Shown here one piece after another: positions 8,195 through 15,963 of a DNA stretch of 17,538 bases (position 1 is the first letter of the stretch; each line of letters begins with the position of its first letter). The stretch lies in IMG/VR virus record IMGVR_UViG_2690316152_000010; one strand, written 5' to 3'. The notes below the pieces were generated by a model that was given only the letters and a program-made list of their open reading frames with translations, was not told the origin of the DNA and did not search any database. The position numbers and the translations under genes were made by a program. This DNA comes from a virus. Lineage: Duplodnaviria > Heunggongvirae > Uroviricota > Caudoviricetes.

Positions 8195-8647
8195 GGCTCT
8201 GCATTGCCTGTTGGTGTACCGGTTCCGTGGCCCACCGCCACACCGCCAGAAGGCTGGTTAAAGTGCGACGGGCGCGCCTTTACAAAAGAACAATATCCTG
8301 TTCTGGCCAGAGCCTACCCGACCCTCCGTCTTCCCGATTTACGCGGTGAATTTATTCGTGGCTGGGATGACGGACGTGGTGTGGATGCCGGGCGACAATT
8401 ATTATCTTCACAGGGGGATGCAATAAGAAATATTGAGGGATTCGCAGATGGCGGGATCGGTATGTCTTTTGATGCAATCAGAGGGGCTTTTTACGATGCA
8501 GGAACACGATCAGCGAGAATGCCGAATAACACAACTACTATAGACAAAACCGATGACCTTGGATTCGACGCCTCTCGTGTCGTGCCAACAGCTAATGAAA
8601 ACCGTCCTCGTAATATTGCCTTTAATTATATCGTAAGGGCGGCATAA
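8183..8647 (+). CDS. Promoterless tail-fibre C-terminal cassette A (alternative receptor-binding domain, tail-collar type)
   Basis: Open frame with no ATG start, beginning at the shared junction (GLGEGSALPVGVPVPWPTATPPEGWLKCDGRAFTKEQYPVLARAYPTL...LPDLRGEFIRGWDDGR) and ending ...RPRNIAFNYIVRAA*. Same N-terminal block and same end motif as the C-terminus of H. Confidence 0.75.
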   Translation, partial: GLGEGSALPVGVPVPWPTATPPEGWLKCDGRAFTKEQYPVLARAYPTLRLPDLRGEFIRGWDDGRGVDAGRQLLSSQGDAIRNIEGFADGGIGMSFDAIRGAFYDAGTRSARMPNNTTTIDKTDDLGFDASRVVPTANENRPRNIAFNYIVRAA

Positions 8648-8666
8648 AAACGTTGGTTTGGGGGAA
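8641..8666 (+). promoter_or_regulatory. Candidate invertase crossover site s2 at the 5' edge of cassette B
   Basis: GGCATAAAAACG-TT-GGTTTGGGGGAA, same core and downstream conserved block as s1 and s3. It overlaps the cassette A stop codon. Confidence 0.4.
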
Positions 8667-9131
8667 GGCTCTGCATTGCCTGTTGGTGTACCGGTTCCAT
8701 GGCCCACCGCCACACCGCCAGCAGGCTGGTTACAGTGCAACGGAGCTACGTTCACCAAAGAACAATATCCTGTTCTGGCCAGAGTCTACCCGACCCTCAG
8801 TCTTCCCGATTTACGCGGTGAGTTTATCCGTGGATGGGACGACGGGCGCAAGATTGACGAGGGGCGTAAGTTGCTTTCATGGCAGAAAGGTACACTGGTC
8901 GGCGGTCATGACGATAACGATTCTGCGCTTGATATCTCGTACATGAGTAACGGAAATAATATTGACTATGGCGGCGATAAGGTGTTTGCGGGGAATTACC
9001 GTAGCGATTATTTGTGGTACGCAATACTGGGTGGAACAAACAGTCGCGCAAAAGCCGAATTAAACGGAGCATTCTTTAACATAACCCGCCCCCGCAATAT
9101 CGCGTTTAACTATATCGTGAGGGCGGCGTGA
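8655..9131 (+). CDS. Promoterless tail-fibre C-terminal cassette B (alternative receptor-binding domain, tail-collar type)
   Basis: Starts with the shared junction block (GEGSALPVGVPVPWPTATPPAGWLQCNGATFTKEQYPVLARVYPTLSLPDLRGEFIRGWDDGRKIDEGRKLL), then a distinct distal domain, then ...RPRNIAFNYIVRAA*. No ATG start; the 'M' in the ORF track is a TTG. Confidence 0.75.
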   Translation, partial: GLGEGSALPVGVPVPWPTATPPAGWLQCNGATFTKEQYPVLARVYPTLSLPDLRGEFIRGWDDGRKIDEGRKLLSWQKGTLVGGHDDNDSALDISYMSNGNNIDYGGDKVFAGNYRSDYLWYAILGGTNSRAKAELNGAFFNITRPRNIAFNYIVRAA

Positions 9132-9137
9132 TACCGT

Positions 9138-9285
9138 TCAACTGGCAAGTGCCAGTGGCGCTTCCGGCCAGCTGATTTCAGGTGCCGTGCTGATATCCAG
9201 TGCGTTCAGCTCGTCGATATAATCCAGCACGGCGTTCAGTTTTGCCGTTTCTTCTGGTGTCAGACTGCGACCAGCACGCAGTTAA
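9138..9285 (-). pseudogene. 3' remnant of a tail-fibre assembly (tfa) gene: last ~48 codons only
   Basis: Exact reverse complement of the 3' end of the intact tfa (16430-16577). On its own strand the frame is closed by an in-frame TAA exactly where the homology ends, with no start codon. Confidence 0.7.
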
Positions 9286-9347
9286 CGCCGGGTGGGGCTG
9301 CCTGCAGATATAACGATATTATTCCGGCCGACCACTGCCTGCATGAT

Positions 9348-10826
9348 GTGCAGGATATGAGTACGCTGAATCATCCGAAGGCAGACCTGAGCAAAGGGCA
9401 GTACGGCTGTGTCGGCCAGGGCTTACATATTGCCAAAAAACTGCTCCCGTATATCCCGAATAACGCGGGGATCCTGCTGGTACCATGCTGTCGTGGTGGT
9501 TCGGCATTCACTCAGGGCGCGGAGGGAACATTCAGTACGACCACGGGGGCCAGCCAGGATTCGGCGCGCTGGGGTGTGGGTAAACCGTTATATCAGGACC
9601 TGATTGCGCGCACTAAAGCTGCATTACAGAAGAACCCGAAAAATGTGTTGCTGGCGGTGTGCTGGATGCAGGGCGAATTTGACATGAGCGCTGCCACCTA
9701 CGCACAGCAACCGGACCTGTTCACGGCCATGCTGAAGCAGTTCCGTACTGACCTTTCCGGATTTAACGCGCAGTGCCATGGCGGCAGTGCTGCAGTTGTA
9801 CCGTGGATTTGTGGCGACACGACGTATTACTGGAAAAACACATACGGCACACAGTATGACTCCGTCTACGGCGCGTACAAAAACAGGGAGAGCGACAACG
9901 TTTTCTTTGTGCCGTTCATGACCGACGGTAACGGCAACAACACGCCCACCAACTTACCGGCAGAAGACCCGGATATTGCTGATGCAGGTTATTACGGCGC
10001 GCAATCCCGTAGTAATGGTAATTGGGTATCGTCAAATCGTCCGACACATTTCAGTTCATGGGCGCGCAGGGGCATTATTTCGGATCGCCTGGCAACCGCT
10101 ATTCTGAACGCAGTTGGTCGAACCAGCGCCTTCATCAGCGGTACCGCACCGGAGATTAAACCCTCGCCCGGCGGCGACACTCCATCGGGGCCGTCTGATG
10201 GTGACACATCCGTTCGTACAGTCTCCCTGCTGCCGACAGCCGGAGAGGCTGCTGCGCAGGGCTGGACCATCACCGGCGGCAGTGTTGCGCTGGAAGATGG
10301 TGTGTTTAAGGTTACCAAGCAGAGCAATAAAACCTGGTCCCTGATGCATCCGGTGGATGACGCAGTCTCCCTGCTGACACGGGGTGGCAGACTGAGCTGT
10401 AAGTTTCGACTGTCAGGCGCACTGACCAACAACCAGTTCGGTCTGGGAATTTATCTGTATACCGATGTAGCGTTACCTGACGTCGTGGCGATGACCGGGA
10501 CTGGTAACCCGTTCCTGATGTCGTTCTTCACCCAGACCACAGACGGCAAACTGAATCTGATGCATCACAAGAAAGCCGGAAACACAAAGTTGGGCGAGTT
10601 CGGGAATTACAGTAACGACTGGCAGACGCTGGAGCTGGTGTTCACCGCCGGCAGTGCCACGGTTACTCCGAAACTGAATGGAGTGGCTGGCCCGGCATTC
10701 CAGGTCATAAAAGACAGTCTGACACTGGGGCTGAATGCGCTGACGTTAACTGATATCACTAAAAATGCCGCGTACGGCGTCGATATCGGCAGCCTGGTGC
10801 TGGAAATCAATAATCCCGCAGCATAA
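9348..10826 (+). CDS. Sialate O-acetylesterase-like protein (NanS/YjhS family, SASA/SGNH-hydrolase type); apparently 5'-truncated
   Basis: Contains NDIIP..HC.HDVQDM, GQ.LHIAKKLLPYIPNNAGILLVPCCRGGSAFT, CWMQGEFDM, CGDTTYYWK, AEDPD and FSSWARRGIISDR blocks that I recall from prophage and chromosomal 9-O-acetyl-sialate esterases. The reading frame is open upstream back to the repeat boundary at 9285 but has no ATG there. The expected N-terminal GQSN catalytic block is absent. Confidence 0.65.
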   Translation: MQDMSTLNHPKADLSKGQYGCVGQGLHIAKKLLPYIPNNAGILLVPCCRGGSAFTQGAEGTFSTTTGASQDSARWGVGKPLYQDLIARTKAALQKNPKNVLLAVCWMQGEFDMSAATYAQQPDLFTAMLKQFRTDLSGFNAQCHGGSAAVVPWICGDTTYYWKNTYGTQYDSVYGAYKNRESDNVFFVPFMTDGNGNNTPTNLPAEDPDIADAGYYGAQSRSNGNWVSSNRPTHFSSWARRGIISDRLATAILNAVGRTSAFISGTAPEIKPSPGGDTPSGPSDGDTSVRTVSLLPTAGEAAAQGWTITGGSVALEDGVFKVTKQSNKTWSLMHPVDDAVSLLTRGGRLSCKFRLSGALTNNQFGLGIYLYTDVALPDVVAMTGTGNPFLMSFFTQTTDGKLNLMHHKKAGNTKLGEFGNYSNDWQTLELVFTAGSATVTPKLNGVAGPAFQVIKDSLTLGLNALTLTDITKNAAYGVDIGSLVLEINNPAA

Positions 10827-10849
10827 GGAAGAGCAGGAGAGCAAAACAG

Positions 10850-11317
10850 ATGCTTAAGACAAACAGTCTGCGAGAGTCCATGCTTCATGGGTGTCGGTGG
10901 TGCCAGGCTAATCCCGAGAAATTCACCATTTTCGTGGAGAGCGGCAACATTGAAACGACCGGAGAAGCGCCCTCGTTTGTTTACCGCTATCAGATGGTGA
11001 TGTTTGTCATGGATTACGCCGGAGAGCTGGACGACCTCACGCTGCCGCTGCTGGCGTGGTTATCCGAAAATCAGCCACAGTTGTTGCTCAATCCGGAGCG
11101 TAATCAGGACATCAAATTTTCTGCCGTTATCAATGACGATGACAGCGCCGATCTCCTGTTTACGCTCCCCCTGCGGGAACGCGTTCGCATCACGCGCAAC
11201 AGTCAGGGCACACCGCAGGCAGAACACCTGCCGGAGCCAAAACCCCGTCTGCCCTCTTCCGAAGGCGACTGGTCGCATGTATTCCAGGATGTGACGTGGG
11301 GTGAAAGCGATGGATAA
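10850..11317 (+). CDS. R: Tail completion protein R (P2 gpR family)
   Basis: 155 aa, starting MLKTNSLRESM, with ...PLLAWLSENQP... in the middle, matching gpR in size and pattern. AGGAG Shine-Dalgarno upstream. Directly precedes the S/V/W/J/I/H block. Confidence 0.75.
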   Translation: MLKTNSLRESMLHGCRWCQANPEKFTIFVESGNIETTGEAPSFVYRYQMVMFVMDYAGELDDLTLPLLAWLSENQPQLLLNPERNQDIKFSAVINDDDSADLLFTLPLRERVRITRNSQGTPQAEHLPEPKPRLPSSEGDWSHVFQDVTWGESDG

Positions 11318-11945
11318 GGCATTCACCAGCGTGGATGAAACCTTTGAGGCTATCCGCGACAGCCTGAATCAGCAGGCCATCAATAACATCGCCAGAAAGC
11401 TGGCACAGGATTTACGTCGCGCCCAGCAGGCACGTATCCGATCACAAAAAGCGCCGGACGGGACCGAATGGACACCACGCAGACGCCGCGTAACCCGGAT
11501 ACAGGAGCGCATTCGCTTTATCTGGAATAACGAAGCACGCACGCTGAAAAACTGGCATCACGACACGGGGAAATACGGGCGAACCATTACCGGGTGGGAT
11601 GAGGATAAAAACAATATCCGCACGTTTTACCGGGATGACATCGACCGTTTTCTGGAAATACGCACCCGGCGCATCAACCAGGACAGCACAAAGCGCGTCC
11701 CCATGTTCGTAAAACTGCGCACCGCCCGCTACCTGAAAGCCCGTGCAGATGCCTCCGGTGTGACGGTGGGTTACAGCGGCGTGGCCGCACGTATTGCACG
11801 CGTTCATCAGTTCGGTGAGCGCGATCAGGTTGCGCCGGGCATTTTCACCGATTACCCGGTACGTGAGCTGTTGGGTATCAGCCAGGCAGATGAGCGCCTG
11901 ATTTATAACACGGTGCTGGGCCGGATTGCGGAGGCTGTACGGTGA
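11310..11945 (+). CDS. S: Virion morphogenesis / tail completion protein S (P2 gpS family)
   Basis: Position between R and V. Contains QKAPDGT.W.PRR and VHQFG motifs that I associate with gpS-type proteins. Overlaps the R stop. The alternative GTG start at 11301 is possible. Confidence 0.65.
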   Translation: MDKAFTSVDETFEAIRDSLNQQAINNIARKLAQDLRRAQQARIRSQKAPDGTEWTPRRRRVTRIQERIRFIWNNEARTLKNWHHDTGKYGRTITGWDEDKNNIRTFYRDDIDRFLEIRTRRINQDSTKRVPMFVKLRTARYLKARADASGVTVGYSGVAARIARVHQFGERDQVAPGIFTDYPVRELLGISQADERLIYNTVLGRIAEAVR

Positions 11946-12523
11946 GCGCAGAACTCATGCGACTGCTGAGCAACATCATCCGCACCGGGATCATCTCTGA
12001 AGTTGATGAGAAGTCCTGGCGCGTGCGCGTTCGCAGCGGCGAACTGGAAACAGGCTGGTTGCGCTGGAACACCACGCGCGCGGGAGCCTTCAATGTGTGG
12101 CTGCCGCCATCACCAGGCGAACAGGTGGTAATTGCCTGCATTGGCGGCAACCCGGAAACCGCCATGATAATTGGCAGCCTGTGGAGTGATGCCAGTCCGG
12201 CCCCCGGCAAAAGCCTGAAAGAAATCGTGGTCAGCGCGCCGGATGGCGCGGTGTTCCGCTACGACGCAGACGCTGGCGCACTGAGCGCCAGCGGCATGAA
12301 AACAGCCACCCTGCAGGCATCCGTCAGCGTGACACTGGATACGCCCGTCGTGGAATGCACAAACCTTCTGAGAACAGCGACGCTTGACGTCACAAAAGGG
12401 GGAAAGATGAGCGGCAATATCACGCACAGCGGCGGCAACTTCACCTCAAACGGCATCACAGTGCATACGCATAAACACGGTGGTGTGAAAGGCGGCAGCG
12501 ATTCGACAGGAGGCCCGCAGTGA
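11942..12523 (+). CDS. V: Baseplate spike/assembly protein V (P2 gpV family)
   Basis: N-terminal IRTGIISEVD...GWLRW..TRAG....W.PP.PGEQVV and C-terminal TLDTPVVECTN...KGGKMSGNITHSGGNFTSNGITVHTHKH are characteristic gpV blocks. GTG start overlaps the S stop, with GGAGG upstream. Confidence 0.9.
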   Translation: MSAELMRLLSNIIRTGIISEVDEKSWRVRVRSGELETGWLRWNTTRAGAFNVWLPPSPGEQVVIACIGGNPETAMIIGSLWSDASPAPGKSLKEIVVSAPDGAVFRYDADAGALSASGMKTATLQASVSVTLDTPVVECTNLLRTATLDVTKGGKMSGNITHSGGNFTSNGITVHTHKHGGVKGGSDSTGGPQ

Positions 12524-12870
12524 CAACCCGCTACACAGGAATGAATCCGGACGGGACGGGAAACCTGAATGATATGGAGCACCTGAAACAGTCAGCCAGG
12601 GACATCCTGACCACCCCGCTGGCCAGCCGGGTTATGCGACGGGAATATGGCAGCCTTGTACCTGATTTGATTGACGAACCCATGAATAACACCACGCGTC
12701 TGCAATGCATGAGTGCTGCCGTGATTGCGCTGACACGATGGGAACCCCGCATTGCCCTGGACGCCATCGACGTTGTCTGGAAAGCGGGAGGCCGCGCCGG
12801 GGTGACGCTGTCGGGCACTGTCATGCAGACCATGCAGAATGTTGAGTTAACCATCACGCTGAGGGAGTAA
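12520..12870 (+). CDS. W: Baseplate wedge protein W (P2 gpW / T4 gp25-like lysozyme fold family)
   Basis: MTTRYTGMN...DLEHL.QS..DIL.TP..SRVMRR.YGS start and 116-aa size match gpW. GTG start overlaps the V stop, with AGGAGG 7 nt upstream. Confidence 0.9.
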   Translation: MTTRYTGMNPDGTGNLNDMEHLKQSARDILTTPLASRVMRREYGSLVPDLIDEPMNNTTRLQCMSAAVIALTRWEPRIALDAIDVVWKAGGRAGVTLSGTVMQTMQNVELTITLRE

Positions 12871-12873
12871 ATC

Positions 12874-13770
12874 ATGCCTGCTGTTGACCTTTCCCAGTTA
12901 CCGGAACCCGCCATCATCGCGAAGCCTGATTTTGAGGCAATTCTGGCTGACACAAAGGCCATGATGATTGCGTCCTATCCTGCCGAACAGCGTGAAGCCG
13001 TCTCCGCCGCGCTGGAGCTGGAATCGGAACCCCTGAACGTTATCGCCCAGACAACAGCGTTTCGTGAAATGCTGTTACGCCAGCGGGTCAATGAGGGTGC
13101 ACGCGCCTGCATGTTAAGCCACAGCGCCGGGACAGACCTGGACAACCTCGCGGGCAATATGAACACAAAGCGCCTGGTTATCACTCCGGCAACGGATACC
13201 ACCGACGCGGTGATGGAAAGCGACACATCGCTGAGACTGCGGGCGCAACGGGCGTATGACGGTCTGAGTGTTGCTGGCCCGTCAGGCGCATACGAGTATT
13301 TTGCACGCAGCGCCAGCGGTCTGGTACGCGACGCGCGAGCCATCAGCCCGTCTCCGGCCAACGTGACGGTTTCCATCCTGTCCACTGAAGGCGACGGCAC
13401 AGCAACGGAGGCGTTGCTTAATACCGTTCGCGCCGTTCTGAATGCAGAGGATACCCGCCCGGTGGCCGACCGCCTGACCGTACAGAGCGCCAGAATCGTG
13501 ACATGGCGGCTGAATGCAAAACTGTACTTTTACCCCGGCCCGGAATCCGAACCTATTCTGGCCGCGGCTGAATCGTCGTTCAGGAAGTGGCTGGCTGAGC
13601 AGGGGCTTATCGGTCAGGACGTGGCGTTGTCCGCCATTGCTGCCGCACTGCATGTGCACGGTGTGCAACGCGTGGAGATAATCGAACCCACACAGAATAT
13701 GGCCATCAGCGACATACAGGCGGCGCGCTGTGAGTCATTCACCATCAGCGAAGGTGGACGCAATGAGTAA
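12874..13770 (+). CDS. J: Baseplate protein J (P2 gpJ family)
   Basis: 298 aa, in the position and of the size expected for gpJ between W and I. GAGGGAG Shine-Dalgarno upstream. Confidence 0.85.
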   Translation: MPAVDLSQLPEPAIIAKPDFEAILADTKAMMIASYPAEQREAVSAALELESEPLNVIAQTTAFREMLLRQRVNEGARACMLSHSAGTDLDNLAGNMNTKRLVITPATDTTDAVMESDTSLRLRAQRAYDGLSVAGPSGAYEYFARSASGLVRDARAISPSPANVTVSILSTEGDGTATEALLNTVRAVLNAEDTRPVADRLTVQSARIVTWRLNAKLYFYPGPESEPILAAAESSFRKWLAEQGLIGQDVALSAIAAALHVHGVQRVEIIEPTQNMAISDIQAARCESFTISEGGRNE

Positions 13771-14371
13771 TTCGTTGTTACCACCATCAGCCAGCAATTT
13801 CATGCGTTGTGCCGAAGCCGTCGGAACACGCATTACAGACATTCCGGTAGACCTCAACACGCTGTGGTCGCCGGACACCTGCCCGGTGCATCTGCTGCCT
13901 TATCTCGCCTGGGCGTTTTCCGTTGACCGCTGGGATCGCAACTGGCCGGAAGAGACAAAGCGACAGGTGATTCGTGATGCATGGCTGATACACCGACACA
14001 AAGGGACCATCAGCGCACTGCGAAGAGCCGTGGAGCCTCTCGGCTACCTGATTGAAGTAAAGGAGTGGTGGCAACTCAACGAGGAGCCGGGAACATTTCG
14101 CATTGTTGTCGGAGTACTTGATCAGGGCATCACCGATGAAATGTATCAGGAACTTGAGCGCCTTATTGCGGATGCAAAACCAGTAAGTCGCCATCTGACG
14201 GGGCTGGCGATCAGCCTGAGTGTGAACGGAAAGATTTTCGTTGGTACGGGATGCTATCACGGCGATGCCCTGACGGTTTATCCCTACACCCCGGAGTCCA
14301 TTATTGTCGAAGGGGATTATTTCCCTGCCCCGGCCATTCATTTAATTGATAATCTGAGAGTAAACGCATGA
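13763..14371 (+). CDS. I: Baseplate/tail protein I (P2 gpI family)
   Basis: MSNSLLPPSAS... with LW.PDTCP..LLPYLAWAFSVDRWD..WPEETKR.VIRDA, GTFR..VGVL..GITDEMYQELERLIADAKP.SRHL. Start taken at the ATG at 13763 (AAGGTGGA Shine-Dalgarno), overlapping the J stop, rather than the longer track ORF from 13730. Confidence 0.85.
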   Translation: MSNSLLPPSASNFMRCAEAVGTRITDIPVDLNTLWSPDTCPVHLLPYLAWAFSVDRWDRNWPEETKRQVIRDAWLIHRHKGTISALRRAVEPLGYLIEVKEWWQLNEEPGTFRIVVGVLDQGITDEMYQELERLIADAKPVSRHLTGLAISLSVNGKIFVGTGCYHGDALTVYPYTPESIIVEGDYFPAPAIHLIDNLRVNA

Positions 14372-15963
14372 CAGTGAAATACTACGCCATTCTGACTAAT
14401 CAGGGCGCGGCACGACTGGCTAACGCGACGATGCTCGGCAGTAAGCTGAATCTGACGCGAATGGCCGTTGGTGATGCAAATGGTGTGTTACCAACACCAG
14501 ACCCTGCACAAACAAAACTGATTAACCAGAAACGCATTGCACCGCTGAATCTTCTGAGTGTTGACCCTAACAATCAGAGCCAGATTATTGCGGAGCAAAT
14601 CATCCCTGAAAGCGAGGGTGGATTCTGGATCCGTGAGATTGGTCTTTATGATGATAAAGGTGTACTCATTGCGGTGGCAAACTGCCCGGAAACGTACAAA
14701 CCGCAGTTGCAGGAAGGCAGTGGACGCACCCAGACTATCCGCATGATTCTGGTTGTCACGAACACCGAAGCCATCACGCTGAAAATCGACCCGTCTGTGG
14801 TTCTGGCAACCCGCAAATATGTGGATGATAAAATCTCAAAGCACGAGCAGTCACGACGTCACCCGGACGCCTCGCTGACCGCAAAAGGCTTTGTTCAACT
14901 TAGCAGTGCCACGGACAGTCAATCAGAAACTGAGGCTGCCACGCCGAAGGCTGTGAAAATCGCGTATGATCTGGCCTGGGGAAAATACACAGCCCAGGAT
15001 GCAACAACGACCCGTAAAGGGATCGTACAACTGAGCAGTGCCACCAACAGCACCTCTGAAACGCTGGCCGCCACACCAAAAGCCGTCAAGGCGGCATACG
15101 ACCTTGCAGCCGGCAAGGCCCCCGTCAGCCACACTCACCCATGGAGTCAGATAACGGGAGTGCCTGCTGCCTCGCTGACGGCAAAAGGCACCGTACAACT
15201 GAGCAGTGCCATCAACAGCACGTCTGAAATACTGGCCGCCACACCGAAAGCGGTCAAGGATGCATACGATCTGGCAAACGGAAAACAACCGGCAGATGCC
15301 ACGCTCACTGCTCTGGCAGGACTTGCCACTGCAGCAGATCGGTTGCCTTATTTTACCGGAGCAGACCGCGCAGCGCTGGCAACCCTTACAGCTATTGGTC
15401 GCGCTATTATCGCTAAGGGCAGTATAAAAGATGTCCTCAATTACCTTGGTTTGGGGGAAGGCTCTGCATTGCCTGTTGGTGTACCGGTTCCGTGGCCCAC
15501 CGCCACACCGCCAGAAGGCTGGTTAAAGTGCGACGGGCGCGCCTTTACAAAAGAACAATATCCTGTTCTGGCCAGAGCCTACCCGACCCTCAGTCTTCCC
15601 GATTTACGCGGTGAGTTTATCCGTGGATGGGACGACGGGCGCAAAGTTGATACAGGACGTAAGTTGCTGTCCGCACAAGGGGCAACGCTGTTAAGAACAG
15701 CAATGCTGGATTATTATAACCAGGACACTACGGGAACCTCGGGGATAGTCGGCATGGGATTCAACAATGAAGATTCCATTACAGACCTTCGTGAGGGCAG
15801 CTTTAAAATGCCGGACGGGACAACATTCAGCGATCCTGTCGTGGCAATGTCAGACAATGGTATGCAGGCTACTATTCTGACCTCTATCAGAAGCGGGTAT
15901 GCGAAGGGTATCACTGTCAGACCCCGTAGCATTGCACTTAATTACATTGTGAGGGCAGTTTAA
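14368..15963 (+). CDS. H: Tail fibre protein H (P2 gpH family): constant N-terminal shaft (to ~15447) fused to the currently expressed variable C-terminal domain
   Basis: Strong gpH blocks: GGFWIREIGLYDD.G.LIAVAN, HEQSRRHPDASLTAKGFVQLSSAT, repeated SETLAATPKAVKAAYDLA units, KQP.DATLTALAGLATAADR.PYFTG. From the shared junction (LNYLGLGEGSALPVGVPVPWP...) onward it carries a third variant of the tail-collar C-terminal domain, ending ...RPRSIALNYIVRAV*. Confidence 0.9.
   Translation: MTVKYYAILTNQGAARLANATMLGSKLNLTRMAVGDANGVLPTPDPAQTKLINQKRIAPLNLLSVDPNNQSQIIAEQIIPESEGGFWIREIGLYDDKGVLIAVANCPETYKPQLQEGSGRTQTIRMILVVTNTEAITLKIDPSVVLATRKYVDDKISKHEQSRRHPDASLTAKGFVQLSSATDSQSETEAATPKAVKIAYDLAWGKYTAQDATTTRKGIVQLSSATNSTSETLAATPKAVKAAYDLAAGKAPVSHTHPWSQITGVPAASLTAKGTVQLSSAINSTSEILAATPKAVKDAYDLANGKQPADATLTALAGLATAADRLPYFTGADRAALATLTAIGRAIIAKGSIKDVLNYLGLGEGSALPVGVPVPWPTATPPEGWLKCDGRAFTKEQYPVLARAYPTLSLPDLRGEFIRGWDDGRKVDTGRKLLSAQGATLLRTAMLDYYNQDTTGTSGIVGMGFNNEDSITDLREGSFKMPDGTTFSDPVVAMSDNGMQATILTSIRSGYAKGITVRPRSIALNYIVRAV
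14869..15276 (+). repeat. Three in-frame tandem repeat units inside H
   Basis: Units at about 14869-14976, 15013-15108 and 15169-15276 encode near-identical (A)SLTAKG.VQLSSAT.S.SE.LAATPKAVK.AYDLA segments. The strong nucleotide similarity also produces the shadow ORFs on the opposite strand at 14919-15288. Confidence 0.8.
15434..15459 (+). promoter_or_regulatory. Candidate invertase crossover site s3 at the constant/variable junction of H
   Basis: TCCTCAATTACC-TT-GGTTTGGGGGAA. The left half is H-constant sequence; the right half and the following ~60 bp are identical to the cassette junctions at s1 and s2. Confidence 0.45.

Larger units (their letters stand above)
8177..9285. repeat. Left arm of a large inverted repeat (partner 16431-17538)
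   Basis: Each position x here pairs with position 25715 - x on the opposite strand. Encoded cassette proteins are identical in both arms and the nucleotide stretches I compared are identical. The arm covers cassette A, cassette B and the tfa 3' end. Confidence 0.9.

Noticed and set aside
8115-8243. Upstream extension of the invertase ORF (track ORF 7515-8243, 242 aa)
   Set aside because: Invertases of this family start at M-x-I-G-Y-(I/V)-R-V-S. The ATG at 8114 has an AAAGAGGA Shine-Dalgarno. The extension would run through the cassette A junction site.
8653-9072. Duplicate 82-aa and 97-aa ORFs (8510-8758, 8653-8946, 8824-9072 and mirrors at 16643-17205)
   Set aside because: They are out-of-frame or antisense shadows of the cassette sequences and appear twice only because of the inverted repeat.
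9286-9347. Invertase crossover site at the inverted-repeat boundary
   Set aside because: The junction sequence (..GCAGTT|AACGCCGGG..) lacks the AAAC-NN-GGTTT core seen at s1-s5, so the boundary more likely arose by non-site-specific recombination.
14869-15276. Possible CRISPR array or other non-coding repeat
   Set aside because: The repeats are about 100 bp, in frame, and encode a repeated peptide within H. There are no short direct repeats with unique spacers.
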